DNA of 57,154 nucleotides, counting the filler, from Piptocephalis cylindrospora (Eukaryota), in assembly GCA_003614145.1 (NCBI GenBank). It is 2 parts of 2 records of this genome, joined end to end, with 100 filler letters (N's around TTAATTAATTAA, not from the genome) between each part and the next. Parts side by side here need not be neighbours in the genome. Positions count along the whole stretch, not along the records: positions 28,652 to 57,154 come from KZ987761.1; 1 more part is not named here. One strand, written 5' to 3'. The notes beneath the pieces were generated by a model. That model did no database searches, was not told the origin of the DNA, and worked only from the letters and a program-made list of their open reading frames with translations. Below, piece by piece: positions 37,808 through 50,600 of this stretch (positions are counted from its first letter, which is position 1; each line of letters opens with the position of its first letter). A program made the position numbers and the translations under genes.

Positions 37808-39598
37808 CTACCCCTCTACCATCACCCGTTCTCCCTCCCCATCCTGGCCATGACCGGGAACAAGCCCCTCCCGGACAGCCCATTCATAGTAGTAGATCAC
37901 ACACATCAATGGCTGGCCCACGATGCAAAAGGACACCCAAAATACCACATTCCCCACTCCGCTTCCCTCCCCACGCCACCGTCGGACTTGACGCGTCAGC
38001 ATGATCAACGGCATTTGCGCCATCATCCCGCCAAACGCAAGTCCATTCACAGTCCCGAGCGGCACACCCACGATCACTTCGTGCATCGCCGCACTCACAA
38101 AGAACACAAATGCTGCCGCTGCCGCCACTGATCCAGTCCGACGAGTGATGGGTGAGTGGACGTGGCGTTTGAGGAAGGAGTGCACTGGCCGGTTCCATGT
38201 CCTCCAGTACTCCCCCAAATCCCGGGAATTCCACCATGGGTCATAGAACCGTCGATCTCCGAATCGCGTCACTTCCGCCAGGAGATTCAAAAATGCATGA
38301 AACAACGCGTAAAACATCAAGAGCCACACAACAACCGCCGACGTTGACAGCTTTAACGTCCGCTCCACCAGTACCCCAAGGTGCACCCCTCCCCCAGGTC
38401 CATCTAGCGCCCGAAGAGAGCCCTCGAGCGTCGGCCTGCAATACTGCTCCACCACCACCCACATGGCCGTCACCGCAATTCCCAACTCCCCCAGTCGTTT
38501 GGCTACCTCCTTCATCCGAACCATCCCTACCATCGGGTACACTGGCTGGTAGCACAATGTGGGCGCCGCCAGAAAGTACCCCACACTACTCCAGGAGGGA
38601 AAGGCCGGAGTGACCTGGCGTCTCTTCCCCTCCCCTGATTTCTCCTTGTACCGCTCCCGGCACACAAGGACCAAGCTGGTCAGTTTCATCGACATGATCG
38701 TTGAGGTCATCACACAACCCAAGGAGAGAAAGAAGGGCGGAAGCGCCTCCCCTGACGCCCGCTGCAGCAGGACGCACGGACTCACTAAAGTAGAGATCAC
38801 CAGAGTGGACTGGACCAGAGCCTGCGGAAATGTGGGGAGAAGCCTGTGTCGCTCCAGTAGGGTCGATAGGACAAAGTGAGCCCATGGAAGAGCCAGAGCC
38901 ACCGTAAGTGCCGGGATCAGAGAAAATGACCCTAGGGTGAAGGGCTGACTGATGAGCAGGCCATACTTGAGGTAATTTTCCACAACCAACCGCGTATTGT
39001 TCGCCACAAAAAGGAGCATAGCCAGGTTACGGAACCCACGGTATGATCCTGGCGTCGCCTCCTTGGAGAGAGGTGAGGGTTGACAGGTCGTGTGAACAGG
39101 AAAGCCGTGACCCGATCGATCTCCGTCTGATGGCTGTCTCCGCTGCTGGTTAGACACAGTGAAAAAGGGTGAAGTCGAGGCCGAATCGGCTGAAGGAGAA
39201 GGTGGAGTCGAGGAAAATAGAAATTCTCCTTCATCTTCATCCTGCGGAGTCGTCGAGTACGCCTCAGAGTATCTTCCTCCTCCGAGCCTCCCCAGCTCCG
39301 GAGACACCCCTTCTCCTCCCTGCGATCGATCTCTCCTCTTCCTCAGAGATCGTTGCGACTGAACCCCGCTCGCCCCACTCAGGCTCCCGGACCGTCGGAC
39401 GGGCAAGGCCTCGGGCGAATCACACAGCCCTTCAGGGTCCGACCCCCCGGTCTCCGGTTCACTGTCCCACGCCGGCGTCACCGTGATCGTAGGTGTACTG
39501 GGACGACGCTCTCGTCCTCGCTGACTCGGTGGGGAGCCTCGACCCGATTGTAAACTCGACGACGACGACCGTCGAGAAAGAGACGGTACAGTAGACAT
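37808..39598 (-). CDS. DGAT1: MBOAT-family acyltransferase, DGAT1-like, intronless
   Basis: SPLSKE...SYRGFRNL, RLVVENYLKYG, YFLAAPTLCYQPVYP, ERTLKLS, LNLLAEVTRFGDRRFYDPWWNS, WNRPVHSFLKRHV, catalytic SAAMHE, GNVVFWVSFCIVGQP. Confidence 0.9.
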   Translation of the reverse strand: MSTVPSLSRRSSSSSLQSGRGSPPSQRGRERRPSTPTITVTPAWDSEPETGGSDPEGLCDSPEALPVRRSGSLSGASGVQSQRSLRKRRDRSQGGEGVSPELGRLGGGRYSEAYSTTPQDEDEGEFLFSSTPPSPSADSASTSPFFTVSNQQRRQPSDGDRSGHGFPVHTTCQPSPLSKEATPGSYRGFRNLAMLLFVANNTRLVVENYLKYGLLISQPFTLGSFSLIPALTVALALPWAHFVLSTLLERHRLLPTFPQALVQSTLVISTLVSPCVLLQRASGEALPPFFLSLGCVMTSTIMSMKLTSLVLVCRERYKEKSGEGKRRQVTPAFPSWSSVGYFLAAPTLCYQPVYPMVGMVRMKEVAKRLGELGIAVTAMWVVVEQYCRPTLEGSLRALDGPGGGVHLGVLVERTLKLSTSAVVVWLLMFYALFHAFLNLLAEVTRFGDRRFYDPWWNSRDLGEYWRTWNRPVHSFLKRHVHSPITRRTGSVAAAAAFVFFVSAAMHEVIVGVPLGTVNGLAFGGMMAQMPLIMLTRQVRRWRGEGSGVGNVVFWVSFCIVGQPLMCVIYYYEWAVREGLVPGHGQDGEGERVMVEG

Positions 39599-40529
39599 GA
39601 TTCGGGTTCACTAATGGTCAGGGGGAAAAGGATGTTGTTTTGAATGCTGGATGATACACACTGGTAGTAAGAGGAGACGAAGGGGGAGGAAAGACTGAAG
39701 GGAAGGATGACTTGGAGAGGAAAAGGACAATGAGGGAGAAGGGAGAGCCGTTGATGGTGGTGACGAAAGTCATAGCCTATATCTCTCCCATGTGCACCTC
39801 GGCTCCTAACACCCCGACTACTCCGCCACCCTTCATCGCTTCACCCTGATCCCCTGCGTCAGATCCTATCTCTTTGTCCCCTCATAAACATCATGCCCCT
39901 GCTTCACACTTCGGATCATTGAGGCAGGCAGGATGTGCTTCAACATCAATTCAACGGACGAAGGTAGATTTGAACCCTAGGTAGTCATCCCAGCCATCGA
40001 TGCAGTTGTATGTGCATGAAGGATCGATGATCTACCCTCACTCTTTACAATTACCACCCCACCTCTTGACCCAAGACTATACTATCATACTATTATCATC
40101 AACATGTAAGGGTCAATGGCCCAGATGAGTCCTTCACACAGTCGATATAAATCAAAGGTAGCTGAATTGGTCAGGACTTACCGTACCTTGGCTCGGATGA
40201 TGGGAAGAGTATTTTTAGCCTAATATTAATTGCTTTATGCCCCCTCCCATCCTCCAAAACCAAAGTCTCAGCGCCCGTCCCACTCTTCACGTCAAGGGCC
40301 GAAGAAGGTGCACCAAGGAAGTTAAACACCGGGACGGCTACAATGGCAGCAGTATGCAAATAAACCCCTCAAAATGCATCACTCATCCTGCCAATATCAG
40401 CACAAATGGGCATGGCTACCCCCCCCCCTCCTCTTATATTCCTTTTTCTGAAAATTCAATTTGACTTCTCCCCCCTATCCTTCCTCTGCACGTCGGGAGC
40501 TCAGGACATCACCACACTCCAACCACCAC

Positions 40530-40826
40530 TCATTCCTCATCCTCGCCGTGAAGCTTCTTATACTCCTTGGTGGCCATGTACGCATGCTCTCCATTGCCGT
40601 ACGAGTACGTCACGTAAAACAAGACAAAGGCCGGGATCACGTAAGGAAGCTGCTGGGACGTCCGGCGGAAAACGTTGAAGATTCCCTTCTTCATGGCTCC
40701 GGCGAGGGGTCGCTGCTGGTAAGGGGAGAGCTGGTAGGTCACAACACCCCGCTGGGTAAGAGAACCGGAATGGCCGGGAGGGCCAAACCACTTGCCGCCT
40801 CCGAGCTTGGGAAGTGTGGGTTGCAT
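40530..40826 (-). CDS. QCR8: Cytochrome bc1 complex subunit 8 (UcrQ family)
   Basis: 98 aa with WFGPPGHSGSLTQRGVVTYQLSPYQQRPLAG..FNVFRR followed by a TM segment. Confidence 0.92.
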   Translation of the reverse strand: MQPTLPKLGGGKWFGPPGHSGSLTQRGVVTYQLSPYQQRPLAGAMKKGIFNVFRRTSQQLPYVIPAFVLFYVTYSYGNGEHAYMATKEYKKLHGEDEE

Positions 40827-41054
40827 ATTGAGAAGGGAGATAGGGGGGACGCAAAAGGGTCTGGGAAACGAACGAGGAAGAAGAAGAGCAAAGGCGTCTC
40901 AAAAGGAAGGGAAGGGGGAAGAAAATCGTAAGGTGTGCCCCGCTGTTTGCCTCTCGGAACAGGTCGGACAGAAATATGCGTTGGTGGGTCAGCTCCACAC
41001 CCATGTGTATCAGTACATAATTACAATTAAATAGTAGTAAAAAACAAAAATATA

Positions 41055-41125
41055 GCGTTGGTGGTTTAGTGGTATAATTACCGCCTGCCACGCGGTAGAC
41101 CGGGGTTCGATTCCCCGCCAACGCA
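41055..41125 (+). tRNA. tRNA-Gly (anticodon GCC), no intron
   Basis: GCGTTGG-TG-GTTTAGTGGTATAAT-T-ACCGC-CTGCCAC-GCGGT-AGAC-CGGGGTTCGATTCCCCG-CCAACGC-A, followed by a TTTTT terminator. Confidence 0.96.
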
Positions 41126-41766
41126 CTTTGTTTTTATACTAACTAAAAACTTTACTTTTGGGGTTGTATAGAGGCGCTTGAAAAATATCATAATGATAAA
41201 TCGGGTACTGATGTTCGTTATCAGGTTCCATGGGGAAATTAGAATGTAATCTTGCATTATCATTGGTAAGGTGTATAAAATACTTTATTCTAGATATCCA
41301 AATTACCACTTCAGTCATTTAGGAAGAGTGAGAGGATAAATACCTGTAGAATGTTTATTGTTCTTGAATTTTCTCGAAGGTTCAGCCTATCCCACTAAAG
41401 GAAAACAAAATGGGGTTATTAATACTAGTTTAACCTACCCCACTAAGGGAAAAATATAATGGTTTCATCATCATCATCAGGGTATTATCATTATTTATCC
41501 AAAGTCAGTGGTTAATCTTAATAATACTCTTATTTAGTCATCCTATTTTACCTGTTCTTGGTATCGTGCATACTGGCCTATTATTATTAGGCGGATGGGC
41601 ATCCGAACCTTTATCATCATCATTTTGTTTTACTCAATCATTAGATATTATGGCTAGCTAGCTAAAAGTATGCATTGATCATTTAACATCAAGGGCTGCT
41701 CTCGACAAGCGTAGCACATTGATAAGACCTTTCCTGCCGATCCCATCACCATTCGCAATTATCAGT

Positions 41767-44700
41767 TTAATAATCCTTAGCGTCACCTCCATCCATAGGA
41801 TTAGGTGCTGGGCCCTTCTCCGCTCCATTAATTGAGTCAGGGGTTGCTCCTTCCCCCCCTTCTGTTCCATTGCTGCCCCCGGGCCTCTTTCCTCTGCCTC
41901 TTCCCCTACCACGACCACTACCAGGTGGTCGCCCCCGTGGGCGCTTCGGAGTAAGGTTTTCGCTCGTATCCGCCTTGGTGCTACTACCATGGGGTCTCTC
42001 TATTGGTCTTTTAGGAAGTAGGTTTCTCTCCATAGCCGGCTTCGCTCCGTGTCCACGCTCACGTTTATTCCCAACAGGCCTGCCTCGGGACCTTAGGGTT
42101 CTAAGCGCCCCACGTTCGGAAGCAGATAAACCGCCTCGACCGCGCCCTCGGCCTCTTCCTCTTCCTCGAGTCACTCTATCACCCTTTTTTTGAGCAGCCC
42201 TATTTAGATATTTTCGCCTCACTTGCCTCCAAAACATTCCTCTCTTCGCCCACCAACTACGTCTCTTCTCCTCTGCCTTTTGATTCAGTTGGTTGAAAAT
42301 TACATCCAACCACATGCACCGTAAACCCCAAGGAGAGGTGGGTCCAATCCCTGGATACTCTTGGAATTGGTACGCATGCCATTCCTCGGGAATCCAAGCA
42401 ATCAATGCACGTAAGAAAGTTTCCGCATCCTCGAAACGTTCCAAGCTTAGAGGCCCGGTCATCTGGTAAGTGCACACCGTCTCCCCTGGCTCCTCATCCT
42501 CATCAATCGGCATCTTCCTCATCTCCATTTCCTTGATCATCGCCTCATCTTCCAGCAGTTTATCTCCCTGAAACTTCTCTTCCTCTCGGAAGAGCCTTCT
42601 CCACGCTTCTAACCGATCTTTCAGTGCCCTGAGGCAAAGTGAACCCCAGTCGTGCTTTCTCTCCTCCTCCTCCTCCTCATCTAGTAATCCCTTGTTTTCG
42701 TCTTCAGACATGGCGCTCATTTTCTTTTCTTCAACTCCTCTTTTGGCGAGCAGCAATTCCTCTTCCACCATTACCTCTCCTACATTACCCAGGGATCCTT
42801 CCAGAATATTCATTGGTGCGTTCCTTAGACTCTCAATGTATGTCTTGTTTTCCTTTTGACTCCGGCCATCTTCCCCTTCAGACGGCCCCTGGATCCTACT
42901 CTTTTTCTCCCCTCCTGCTGGATCCATTTCATTCCCCTTGTCATCATCCTCGTTTTCTAAAGATAACTGGCTTTTCTTCTCCGGTCTCTCAAACTCTATC
43001 GCATCCATTTTTCCTATCTTACCCATGGGGTCCTCCTTTTTTTCCTCTGAAAAATCATCCTTCATCCTTTCCATTTTTTCTCCATTGTCATCATCGCTCG
43101 TGGGAAGGGCCATTGGCCTTTCTACCTGGTCAAGGAAGCCTACCTTTATCTGGTCAGATTGATCAGCTTTTGCGGGTTTGGGATGATCCATTATCATCGA
43201 GTCGACTTGTTCTATATCAAGTTCACTAGATTGACCAAACTCCCCTTGAATAGGCTGATCGTTTTCTGCTAGCTCGGGACATCCTATCCCCCTTTCCTCT
43301 CCTCGCTCCATCGTCATGTGCTCAAGAGCATCCACCTCTGTATGGCCAAGCCGTTCCATTGCCGTGTCCTCTGTACATACCAGCCTATTAGCTTTCACTG
43401 AGCTATGAAACCCCAGTGGCAATTGGCCAACCTGCTCTGTCTTCATCGGACTTATATCCGCAGGTTTCTTCGCATTCTCGGGCCCCATCTCCTGCCGTCG
43501 AAGAGGTTCCTCGTCCTTTCTAGACGGTATATGGTTGATCCGCCGATGGCCCTCATTCTTTTCCCTTTCCTCGTCCCTCTCCTCTTTCCCATCAGTCTTG
43601 CTGCTACTCTTCCGAGCTGTGCGAGTAGCTTCAATCGCTCGGAGAGACTGTCTTTCGGATTCAAGCATCACTTGCTTCTCTCGCACACTCTTACCGATGC
43701 GAATGGTACGACCATCATGATGGAAGGTAGAGGAACCTGTGGAGAGGGCTGTGGAGACTGGAATTAAGTGACCTGTCCACTTGGTCGGCAGGTATACCTC
43801 CTCTGCTTTTGAGCAACTTTTTGACCCCATCAAGATCCACTCCCGCAATCGTCGGTGAGAATGAGCAATAGTAGGGGATACGCGGGTGAGTATGCTGTTC
43901 AGCCGAAGTTCCTCCAAACACTCCATCCTCAGAGTGTTTTGAAAAGCCTGGAGTTCTTCCGGAGAACCCCCTGTCTTCCCCAGGTACCACCAGGTCTCCG
44001 TGTCTCTCCAGCCCGATTGAATAAGGACTCCACCCAAAGAAGGTATATGCCAAACCACTTTTCCTTCCAGATCTGTGCCTAGACAAAAGGGCCAACGATC
44101 ATGCCCCTTCTGCAAGGAGTGAGTATCCAGACAGCCGAGTTCCTTCATACGGCAAAGCCATCGGCTCCTAAGGCTTATGAAGGACGAATTTGCCTTGTCA
44201 GTTCCTCTTAGCTTATCATCTTCCTCTTTACCCTTCCCCTCTTTCTTCCCTACCGCCCCTTCTTTGGTAGCCCAGAATTCATGAAATTCGTCCTCGTCCG
44301 GACCATCAATCGATTCCCACATCATTTTCTCATCATGAGACACCTCGTCAAAAGAACTGGGGGAGATGAAACGTAGTACAGACTCTCTGCTAATGGTTCC
44401 TCGTAGGAGGCGATGCCAATGTGCAATTCCTCCAGGCTCCATCACTCGTAACCGCCGTTGGTCATCAGATCCAGCTTTCAGGGCAGGGAGACTTATCTCA
44501 AGTAGCTGATCTAGGGCAAACTGCATCTTTTTCAACGTTGCCCGGGACCGTCGGGAGGTCTTTTTCTCCGCATTGAGCTTGCTCCACAATTCAGCACTAT
44601 TCATCTCGTTGATAAATTTGCTTATGACCGGAGAGGATTCTCGGGAGGTAGGTAAGTTTTTTTGATGAGGGTTTGATGATAAAGGGCTCGAGTGGGATGG

Positions 44701-47282
44701 ATGGAGAGAAGCTTCAAGAGGCTGGGGAGGAAGGTGAGTATGGGCGGGAATCGCAGGTGATATATCCGGTCGTGGACCTATTTTGACTCCTTCTACCTGG
44801 GAAGGTCGGATGTCTTCTTCTTGAGGTCTAGACGTCAAGTCACAGGGCTCTACTCGGCTCTCAAGTTCCCTATTTGTGGAAGAGGCCTCATGAGATACCT
44901 CCACAGGATTGCACAAGGGGTTCTCCTTACTGGGCAGGGTCAAAGGTTTTTCCTTAGACACATTTTTCCCTTTGACTCCCTCCATGGAAGCAGATCTACT
45001 CGCGCTTGCTTTGTTCTTTGTCTGAATCTCACAAGCCTCTTTCGCGACCTTTAAGGCATCAAAATCCGGTCCACTGCTTCTCCGATCTTCACGGTCTTCC
45101 TCAGTATCCATCTCGATTTTCTCGCTGTCGTCACGCTCCACCATCAGCTCCTCACCTGTATTGGTCATGCTATCCTCATTCTCATGGAATATCCGAGACA
45201 CTTCATGGTCCCATAAAGTTCTTGAGCTTTTTTTCTTGTCCGAATCACTATACGATTTCCCATCGACCTCCAAACCTCCTTCCTTCCTCTTCTCTACTTG
45301 GACATTTTGTACATCTCCGGGACCACTTCCTTCGGTTACAGAGGGAGTTGTTTCGGGTTTAAGGATATCGTTGGAGGAATTGGAGGCTTCCTTACGATGA
45401 GATTTGGCAATGGCCTCTGCAATGGTCAGCAGTGACTCTTGACTGTTTTCCCAGACAGTCTCCTGAAGGAGAATATCCTTAACCAGGGGCCCTACCTTTC
45501 TACCTATCTCAGGCAACATCAATTTCCGATGATGCATGGTTTGTCCCTCCTCGTGAACTTGGATGGAAAACTCCTCAGATCCAGCAACTTCCTCCACAAG
45601 GTCCATCAGAATAGCAACACGTAGAGGGGCTGTGGTGATGATGAACGGTGGGTCCTGGTAGCCTGGGGAGGACAGTGAGGGACAGATAGCTATAGACAAG
45701 GCCCGTGTCGGAAGCAGAGGAGCCAGGAGGTAGTTGATGGTCAAGGGATCCATAACCGGTAGCGCTCCTTCTAGCTTTTCAATGATCGTCTTCATCTGGG
45801 ACCCTTGATTCTCCCTTTCCCCTAGAGTCTCCTTTTCCATACTCCTGGGATCCTCCTCGTTCTCAAGCACAAAATCACATCTACTTTCTCCCTCAGGTTC
45901 CTCACCAGAGATAGGCTGATGGGTATCAAAGGGTGTAGGAAGGGCGGGGCCCCCCCTGGGTGAAATTCAGGCTAGATGACTTGGACCAGCCACCTTTGCT
46001 AAACACCAAGGGGTTTTTCGTCATTAACGGATCCTTGGACCAACAAAGTTTCATCAAGGCATTGTAAAAGGACTGAAATATTTCTAGTAACTCGGGATTC
46101 AGTGCATTTTGATCCTTTAAAGCAATGACAAAATCATCTAGACAGCAGTGAGGAGGCGGGTGAGTCATACCTCCAATTGCTATGCCATCTAATCTCTCCT
46201 ATCAGCTCATCTCTCCCACCACTTCTACATGAATGGGATGGTGAGCATCCACCGAGAACCAGAATAGAGAACATACCAAAAGAGTAGAGGATACTTTGCT
46301 CAAAGGTACCTATGGAACGATCAAGGCCTATATAAGCCCCTCCAAAGCCACATAGGAAGTCCATGACCGACATGGCATCCATCACTTCATCTACTCGCAA
46401 GTACTGCCGATTCATCATGTCCTGAATGGACTCACTGGTGCCTCGTCGGCTCGTGCAAGGCTGGAGCTCCGAGGGAAGGGGTGTGATTATCAAATGGGGC
46501 GGGTGCTCGGGATTGGGGCTTGGGGGTGGCCATGGAATAGTGTGTCCACTTTTCAGCAATTCTGCGAGAGGCGGGGCTTGCACATTATGATCTATGTCTA
46601 CACTAAGAGTTTCTTGGGCTCGAGGCAATTCCATGAAAGACAACATATGTACCCTATCGCGACTCACCCCTTGGCCAAGTATCAATGGGCTCTGTCATGG
46701 CCAAGATTGGCGGTAGATATTAGAAAGAGAAGATGAACAGGAACAAATATGATAAGTTTAAATTCTTTTGATCTGACTAATTATCCTACATCCCTAATCG
46801 TCACTTACCTCACTGGCGGATCTTTGCCGGGGGGTGGGTCTAGTCAATCTCTCTGTAGGTTTTGCTTTCTTGACGATAGACGTAAAGGATGACTCCCTTT
46901 CAAGACCGTTATCAACACTGGGGTTTTCCTGGGCAGCCCTTTTTCTTGTTAATTTTATGAAATCACCCGGGGGATGAGTTGAAGGTCTAGCCAGGGCGTT
47001 GGCGGTGACCTGAGAGGATGCCTTTGCTTGTAGGTTTGTTCCAGTTCCTCTTGTGAGTGACACAGCTCTTTCTACACCGGGCAGCTGCTTTTTTACATTT
47101 ATACCAGCAGAAGGGTGCTCACTAGAATACTCATTCGATCTGCCTTTGGCTACAGTGGAAAAGTACTTTTTCAGCCCTTCAGGTTGTGGGTTTTGCCTGG
47201 CTGCCCTTGGCCGGAAAAGCCGAGGAACATCAGTCAATGGGATTGCATCCTCATTGGGCTCCCTACTACGCCCTTCTTGCAT
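41767..47282 (-). CDS. Divergent DDT-WHIM1-WSD protein with C-terminal AT-hook (ISWI accessory subunit, Itc1/Ioc3/BAZ-like); exons about 47282-46809, 46691-46277, 46179 to about 45955, then a +1 frame change and 45954-41767
   Basis: DDT-like VMDAMSVMDFLCGFG...LDDFVIAL...LLEIFQSFYNAL; WHIM1-like LRVAILMDLVEEV; WSD-like LGTDLEGKVVWHIPSLGGVLI...WWY...EELQAFQNTL; AT-hook KRPRGRPP and RG repeats. Domains were recognised by eye. The junction near 45955 is unresolved. Confidence 0.6.
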
Positions 47283-47672
47283 GTAAAGTATGGGAAGTGA
47301 CTAAAGGAAGGAAGGGAGCGCGGAAAGGAGAGAAGAGGCAAGGAGAAAAAAGGATGGTAGCCTAGTGTACTATTCACACCTACCTCATCATCCACATCTC
47401 AAGGTTGTGGCAGGCAACACGGAGACAGCGATTACTTTGACGCGTAATAATACATGTGACCTGGGAGGACCCATATGCTCGTTCTGCTCTTCATTGAAAG
47501 GAAAATGATGTCAGGGTCCTTGATGAGGGTGACAGGGAAAGGCTGTTCCCCATTGGGCCAGTTGGCGCATTTCTGAATTGATCACATGTATTCTCGCTTT
47601 AAACTTTCATTTTCCCTGGCTGTTCACATCTTTCGTTCACTTCAACCTAAATGTCTCTAACCAACTATCATC

Positions 47673-50600
47673 TTACTCCTCCATCCTATCATCCTCTTCC
47701 TCCTCTTCTTCCTCATCGTCTTCCTCCTCTTCAACATCCACCTCTATCTCATACTCTTGGTCACATCCGATGTACGAGTCAGACATAAGGTAGAGTATCC
47801 ACTTGCTTTGGGTTCCAGCATGCCGGGGTGTCACGGGGACACGTACAGCAGTCGTGGCCTTGGACATAGTTAGACGTTTGATCCCAAGTAAGGCCCCGTC
47901 TGGTCCGGTCTCTCCTACTACCACCCACCATCCCTCCTCCTTCTTGGAGGGGAAGAAGGGAGCAGTGACCTGATGGCCTCTCATCCCATCCTCCTCTTCA
48001 TCCTCCTCCCGAGTCAGTGTCACATTCACCATACAGGCTTCACCGACACGTGGCCCGACGTCTCTGGTTTTGGGCAGAGTGTACGCCACCTCGATGGACG
48101 GATAGGTATTGACAAAGTGAGCCACCTCTCGAACCACCTTGGGGCTTACGTCCCGTAGCAAAGCTTCCTTCACTTCACTCTCTTCCTCATCAGCCATGGC
48201 ATCGGCAAAGTCAAAGACGGACTCAACTTTGAGTTCCTCCGTGGCCCGAGCCACCCAGGCCTTATCAGATCCAAGGACGGGCAGCTGCCGCAAGGGTGAC
48301 TCATGCTCCCATTGCGCCTGAATGAGGAGTTGAGAAAAGTCCATGGCAGCAAGAGCCGGCTTTAACCACCCGGCCGAGGCCGCTACATCTACGGCGGCAC
48401 ACAAGAGCGCGGGGATTCGGGGAAGAAGAAGGAGCTGGAGGTCAGCAGATAGATCTGGAGGAAGCTCCCGACGAGAGAGATGTGCCTGAAGCAGGAGATG
48501 AACCTTCACATGCACCTTATCAAATCCAGTGTTCCCTCCAGCCCCGGGCAGACGCAAGGGAAGGGTGGGTGCAAGGCGGGAGAGGATTCGGTCCTCCCCG
48601 GGCCGTAGGGGCGCCAGGGACTCCCAATCCGGAATGGATGCCACTGTCTCCAGAAGACCCCGAAGTCGAGTCCTGGCGGTGATGCCCAGGCTCAAAGCCT
48701 CTACTGTTCCGTAGCCTAGACCATAGTAAGAGGCAATCATACCGAGGTTCAATGGGCTCAACTCTTCCTCCTCCTCCTCCTCCTCCTCGTTCTCCTCTTC
48801 ATCTTCAGCGCGAAGGGAGAGGCAATGGGCAGCCTCGAGGTCCCCGAGAGTGTTCTCTACCAATTCACTTAGATGATCCGACAAATGCTCATGAGTCGCC
48901 GAGGGAAGCCCATAGTAATTAGGATTGGCCATGAGTCGACGGTACAAGAGTGTCCAGGTGAGAAAGTCAACAGCTTCCTGTCGGGATCCAATGCCCCCAG
49001 CCACCACCTCGGCCAACAGAGCATCATGGAAGCCTCGGTCAAGGCGGGATTCCAGGGGTAAGGGCTCAGTGAGAGCCCGCATTAATCGGGCCTTGTGAGC
49101 GCTGGAGCTCATGATCACCGCTACGCACCCCTTTCCTCCCTCCTCCTCCATCGTCGTTTCCTGGGCACATCCTACAAGGCGGACAAGCTCAGGAGAGGGC
49201 AGGGGGGACCATTGACGCTCCCTTTGACCTCCTCTCCAGACTTCCCCGCCCATGACGATGACCAAAGGAGCCCGAAGGGCCCCAGATCTCCCTCCCTCTC
49301 TGGAAGAAACAACTACGTGGATCCCACCACGTCCAGAGGGATGAGCCACCAGGCCCTCGATGCATTCCCTAACCCGAGCGGGAAGTCCATCGTGCAGATA
49401 AGTGACCCCAGTGGCCCTAGCCAAGCTCACCATTTTGCCTCCATCTACTGGCTCCATCCACCTTTCCCACCGGGACCAGGCTTCCTCTACATCATGGGGA
49501 GGAGGCGGTCCTTGTTGATCCTCATCCTCTTCCATTTCATCCATTTTCCGTTGTTGTTGGTAAAGAAACCAGGGATCAGACCACCGCCTTCCTCCAAGTG
49601 CTCCGAGTTCGCCGGCAATTCTTCGAGCCTCCCGACGCATCCCGACAAACACAATGGCCGCTCGATGTCTCTGATCTCCCTTCCCACTACCATGCTCATC
49701 AATGGCCCGAACCACTGGCCGAATCAAGGTGAGCATTAAGGAAGCATGCTCAGGAACATCAAAGGTCTGGGGATATATGGCCAAAGGGGTTGACCTGGCC
49801 GTGGGGGGAAAGTTGAAGGTGTTTTGCTTGGGAATTCCCTAGAGGCAAACGAGAAAAGGAATAAGGGAAATAAATGGACAAGTTAGTAAATTAACCAAGA
49901 TTCACTCTTAATCTTTCCTCAAACCGAAACAATAAGAAAAATACTCACCATCCAAGAAGCAAGATCCCGGGGGTCAGTTAAAGAAAGCGAAAGGCCCACA
50001 AAGACCATCTCAGTCCCCAGTTCCATAGTCATTCTACGGGTCCGGGAAAGGACGGCTTCATAAATGGAGGCTTCCTCGGCCTCCAATCCCTCCCCAGAGC
50101 CCTCGGACCCTTCTCCACCAAGGCATTGAAGGTCCGTACCGATGAGGAGCTGAATGGCCTGAACGACCTTTCGTTGCCTCCACCGGCGGGTTAAAGAGTC
50201 TAGCTGCCTCGGCGTACACACCACCAGATCCGAAGTCTCGAGCCGACGTAAATCCCCAGCCCCTTCGCCGGTTAAGCGCTCCACACGAATCCCCAGAGTC
50301 TCGGAGAATAGTGAATCCCATCTCCTCTTTTGCCTATCCAAACACTCTTCAAATGGGGATAACCAGATGGCTTTACCTAGAGGGAGAGAGAGAAAGGACG
50401 AAAAAGGTTAGTTTATCCCCTTTCTTTCTCTCGGTACAAGCAAGGAAAAAGTATCACTTACCACCTCGTCCTTCTTTCCACCAACGTAAAATGGAAAGTT
50501 CCCCACACACCTCAACGCCAGCACCATAAGGACCACCGATAAAGATACCCTTGGATGAGGATCCCTCATCTTCCCGAGTACCAAAAACAACCGGGAATAC

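Noticed and set aside
14283..39598. Lipid-related gene cluster (C1-peroxin, P450s, CDC50, DGAT1)
   Set aside because: The genes are interspersed with unrelated housekeeping genes and split by a scaffold gap; there is no evidence of co-regulation.
49949..50560. Degenerate helicase motifs (GPYGAGVE, GTDLQ) in the second Brr2 cassette
   Set aside because: The C-terminal cassette of Brr2 is known to be catalytically inactive and degenerate.
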